Below, one piece after another: positions 62,849-64,000 of a DNA stretch of 64,000 nucleotides; within the stretch, counting starts at the first letter, position 1; each line of letters begins with the position of its first letter. The notes below the pieces were generated by a model, which was not told the origin of the DNA, did no database searches, and saw only the letters and a program-made list of their open reading frames with translations. Origin of the DNA: Gammaproteobacteria bacterium (lineage in GTDB: Bacteria; Pseudomonadota; Gammaproteobacteria; Eutrophobiales; Eutrophobiaceae); assembly GCA_047620145.1 (NCBI GenBank), contig JBLHKO010000002.1:19963-83962 (forward strand), read 5' to 3'. Both the position numbers and the translations under genes were made by a program.

Positions 62849-62900
62849 TAGACTAATATTCAGACCTTAATTTAGACCTGATATTGGCGTTATAATACAC
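62849..62900 (-). promoter_or_regulatory. Putative TA operator: direct repeats AGGTCTAAAT/AGGTCTGAAT next to a TTATAA -10-like hexamer upstream of the antitoxin
   Basis: On the minus strand the sequence reads gtattataacgccaatatcaggtctaaattaaggtctgaatattagtctaATG. Confidence 0.35.
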
Positions 62901-63038
62901 AAGCCGCAAGCTTTTAAAGGTAGAGGCCAAAGCAGTATCCGGCCCGTGAATTAGGAGCACGCCATACTGGGCGTGACCCAGTATTCAGTGAAAAAGTACA
63001 ATCTGTAGCGCCTGTAAGGTGGGATTGATTGACTGGGT

Positions 63039-63112
63039 CGCTCTTTGATATCCATATCACCGCGACATTCGTGCATCCTGCACGTCATACCGGCTCAAGG
63101 CCGGCATGACGT
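63039..63112. repeat. Composite repeat: a cgcgacattcgtgcatcctgcac unit followed by a cgtcataccggctcaaggccggcatgacg hairpin
   Basis: The first unit also occurs inside the large repeat, at 2505-2527 (reverse complement) and 63807-63830. The second unit is the reverse complement of 1509-1535. Confidence 0.7.
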
Positions 63113-63128
63113 AATCTTCACAACTATT

Positions 63129-63683
63129 TTATTCGAGTGTCTTTAACATCTCTGCAACTTCATATAGCGGCAGCCCCATCACACCAGAATAACTCCCCTC
63201 CAACCGTTCAATAAAAGCAGCCGCCTTTCCTTGTATTGCATAGGCGCCTGCCTTGCCCAAAGGTTCTTCCGTTTCACAATAATCCAGAATGTCAGTTTCA
63301 GTTAGTGGACGAAAACTTACGTGGTTGATATTTAAACAAATTTGTTCGGTATCTGTGATCAGGGCAACAGCGGTATAAACGTGATGTGTTCTACCGGATA
63401 ATTCCTCAAGCATTTTAATTGCATCTTGTATGGTTTCGGCTTTGCCCAAAATGATATTGTCGAGGACGACACTGGTATCTGCAGCGAGTATTGGCAAGTT
63501 GTTTTGTATTTTTGCTTTTGCTGCGCGGGCTTTTTCTAGTGCCATTCGTTTAACGTAGGTTTTGGCTAATTCTTTTCCGTCCCAGGTTTCGTCGATTTCG
63601 ATATTCACTAGCTCGAAGTCTATGCCAATTTGTTTTAGGAGTTGTTGGCGGCGGGGGGAGGTTGAGGCCAGGTTAATTTTCAT
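63129..63683 (-). CDS. maf: Maf-like nucleoside triphosphate pyrophosphatase
   Basis: It begins MKINLASTSPRRQQLLKQIGIDFELV and contains ...ILAADTSVVLD. It is 184 aa. Confidence 0.9.
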   Translation of the reverse strand: MKINLASTSPRRQQLLKQIGIDFELVNIEIDETWDGKELAKTYVKRMALEKARAAKAKIQNNLPILAADTSVVLDNIILGKAETIQDAIKMLEELSGRTHHVYTAVALITDTEQICLNINHVSFRPLTETDILDYCETEEPLGKAGAYAIQGKAAAFIERLEGSYSGVMGLPLYEVAEMLKTLE

Positions 63684-63699
63684 TATGATTGTGTTTATT

Positions 63700-63880
63700 G
63701 GTGGATTTGAAATAGGAGGTGTAGTTTAGCACTGGTTTCGCCTTTTAGCGGCGAGGCACTTCTTTTTTGCTTGTCCAAAAAATGAAGTACCCAGGGTCGC
63801 TCTTGTGCATCCATGCACCCGCGACATTCGTGCGTCCTACACATCAAAAAAAGACACCCCTGATATCAAGGCCTGCGGCT
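63700..63880 (-). repeat. Right copy of the ~170-bp inverted repeat. The core at 63725-63852 is the reverse complement of 2488-2612
   Basis: My by-eye alignment of the core shows only 3 or 4 mismatches. Similarity then decays toward 63700 and 63880. Confidence 0.85.
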
Positions 63881-64000
63881 TCCCTCGTCAGTCAGTAGTG
63901 CTCACGGGGTCGTGGCTACATGACTTCCTTTCATGGAGCCGCTTATCTGCACGTCCTGTGCAGCTACCCCTATCACTACTTCCTTCCTCGGCTTGATATA

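Noticed and set aside
63805-63996. 63-aa ORF (MHPCTRDIRASYTSKKDTPD…)
   Set aside because: It is the counterpart of 2491-2682 inside the right repeat copy. I regard it as non-coding repeat sequence.

Overview
Chromosomal replication-origin neighbourhood of a gammaproteobacterium of moderate GC. The core gene order is rpmH-rnpA-yidD-yidC-mnmE on the minus strand, followed by dnaA-dnaN-recF-gyrB on the plus strand. DnaA boxes lie in both intergenic regions flanking dnaA. Around this core sit housekeeping operons: mgtE; polA, interrupted by an in-frame TAA; hisA-hisF-hisI-hisE followed by tatABC; ilvE; an LPS-core glycosyltransferase cluster that includes a sulfotransferase; bioB-bioF-bioC-bioD; an aa3-type cytochrome oxidase cluster (coxB, coxA, ctaG, coxC, SURF1, cyoE, SCO1); rpoH; ftsYEX; two M16 peptidases; rsmD; coaD; ggt; a PQQ dehydrogenase; hppA; and maf. 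The unit most worth attention is a tightly overlapping four-gene minus-strand operon at 54943..59282. It encodes a retropepsin-like protease, a protein with an inactive transglutaminase domain fused to seven transmembrane helices, a RimK-like ATP-grasp ligase and an AstE/AspA-family deacylase. Its components have been predicted in silico, and I know of no experimental function. A second notable element is a nearly identical inverted repeat of about 170 bp found at both ends of the window, which brackets the origin region. It is accompanied by a family of short 'cgtcat'-hairpin repeats. Other oddities include a membrane-anchored C13 (legumain/caspase-fold) peptidase next to a rhodanese, an rsmD without a canonical start codon, and a Phd/ParE toxin-antitoxin pair whose toxin lacks a canonical start. 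I saw no tRNA or rRNA genes, CRISPR arrays, transposases or phage genes.
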